Positions 27,526 to 27,724 of a DNA stretch of 27,724 nucleotides are shown here, in pieces. The stretch covers positions 1 to 27,724 of IMG/VR virus record IMGVR_UViG_2617270952_000002. One strand, written 5' to 3'. Positions within the stretch are counted from its first letter, which is position 1, and each line of letters begins with the position of its first letter. Both the position numbers and the translations under genes were made by a program. Source of the stretch: a virus. Lineage: Duplodnaviria > Heunggongvirae > Uroviricota > Caudoviricetes. The notes under the pieces were generated by a model. That model saw only the letters and a program-made list of their open reading frames with translations, was not told the origin of the DNA and did not search any database.

Positions 27526-27724
27526 ACTTCCTGAGAAAGAGGTAAACAGGATGACTAAAAATACTCGTTTTTCCCCCGAAGTCCGTCAACGGGCAGTCCG
27601 TATGGTTCTGGAAAGTCAGAGCGAATATGACTCACAATGGGCGACAATTTGTTCCATTGCTCCAAAGATTGGCTGTACGCCGGAGACTCTGCGTGTCTGG
27701 GTTCGCCAGCATGAGCGGGATACC
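27496..27724 (+). mobile_element. IS3-family insertion sequence (IS629/IS1203-like), left end only (continues beyond window)
   Basis: Terminal tgaaccgccccgggaatcctggagactaaacttcc and OrfA N-terminus [58 protein letters not shown]. Confidence 0.8.
27550..27724 (+). CDS. IS3-family OrfA transposase component (partial)
   Basis: ATG at 27550 after GAGG; HTH-like N-terminus; truncated by window end. Confidence 0.8.

Noticed and set aside
1-27724. CRISPR array
   Set aside because: No series of regularly spaced direct repeats; the only tandem repeat is the 2x 12-bp unit inside hsdS

Overview
This window reads as a segment of a P1-family phage-plasmid. Backbone genes recognised directly from the translations are Cre recombinase with a canonical 34-bp loxP site about 420 bp upstream, the Coi/C1 immunity pair, Ref (HNH-type), the Phd/Doc addiction module, a terminase large subunit (PacB-like), and at least ten copies of the C1 operator 17-mer (ATTGCTCTAATAAATTT-like) in intergenic regions. 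Three cargo blocks interrupt this backbone. (1) At the left end there is a nested IS mosaic (IS1, IS30 and IS911 fragments), followed by an uncharacterised three-gene operon and a strongly AT-rich divergent pair encoding an AraC-family regulator and a standalone EAL-domain protein. From memory of the P1 map, this is the slot where P1 carries res/mod. (2) Between c1 and pacB there is a module of structured RNA, small ORF and antirepressor that resembles an immI-type locus. (3) Between phd/doc and the right-arm operon there is a complete type I restriction-modification system (hsdM-hsdS-hsdR) with a 2x 12-bp TAEL repeat in hsdS, typical of the type IC EcoR124 family. The right arm is one long minus-strand operon (HAD-like phosphatase, coiled-coil protein, DxD protein, PP-family phosphatase, two GxGPS paralogs, VRR-NUC nuclease, TraR-like zinc-finger protein) that ends at an IS3-family (IS629/IS1203-like) insertion. 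I could not assign a function to the three-gene operon, the 347-aa Cys/His-rich protein or the GxGPS paralogs; these are the best candidates for something undescribed. All homology calls are made by eye from motifs and remembered sequences, with no database search run.
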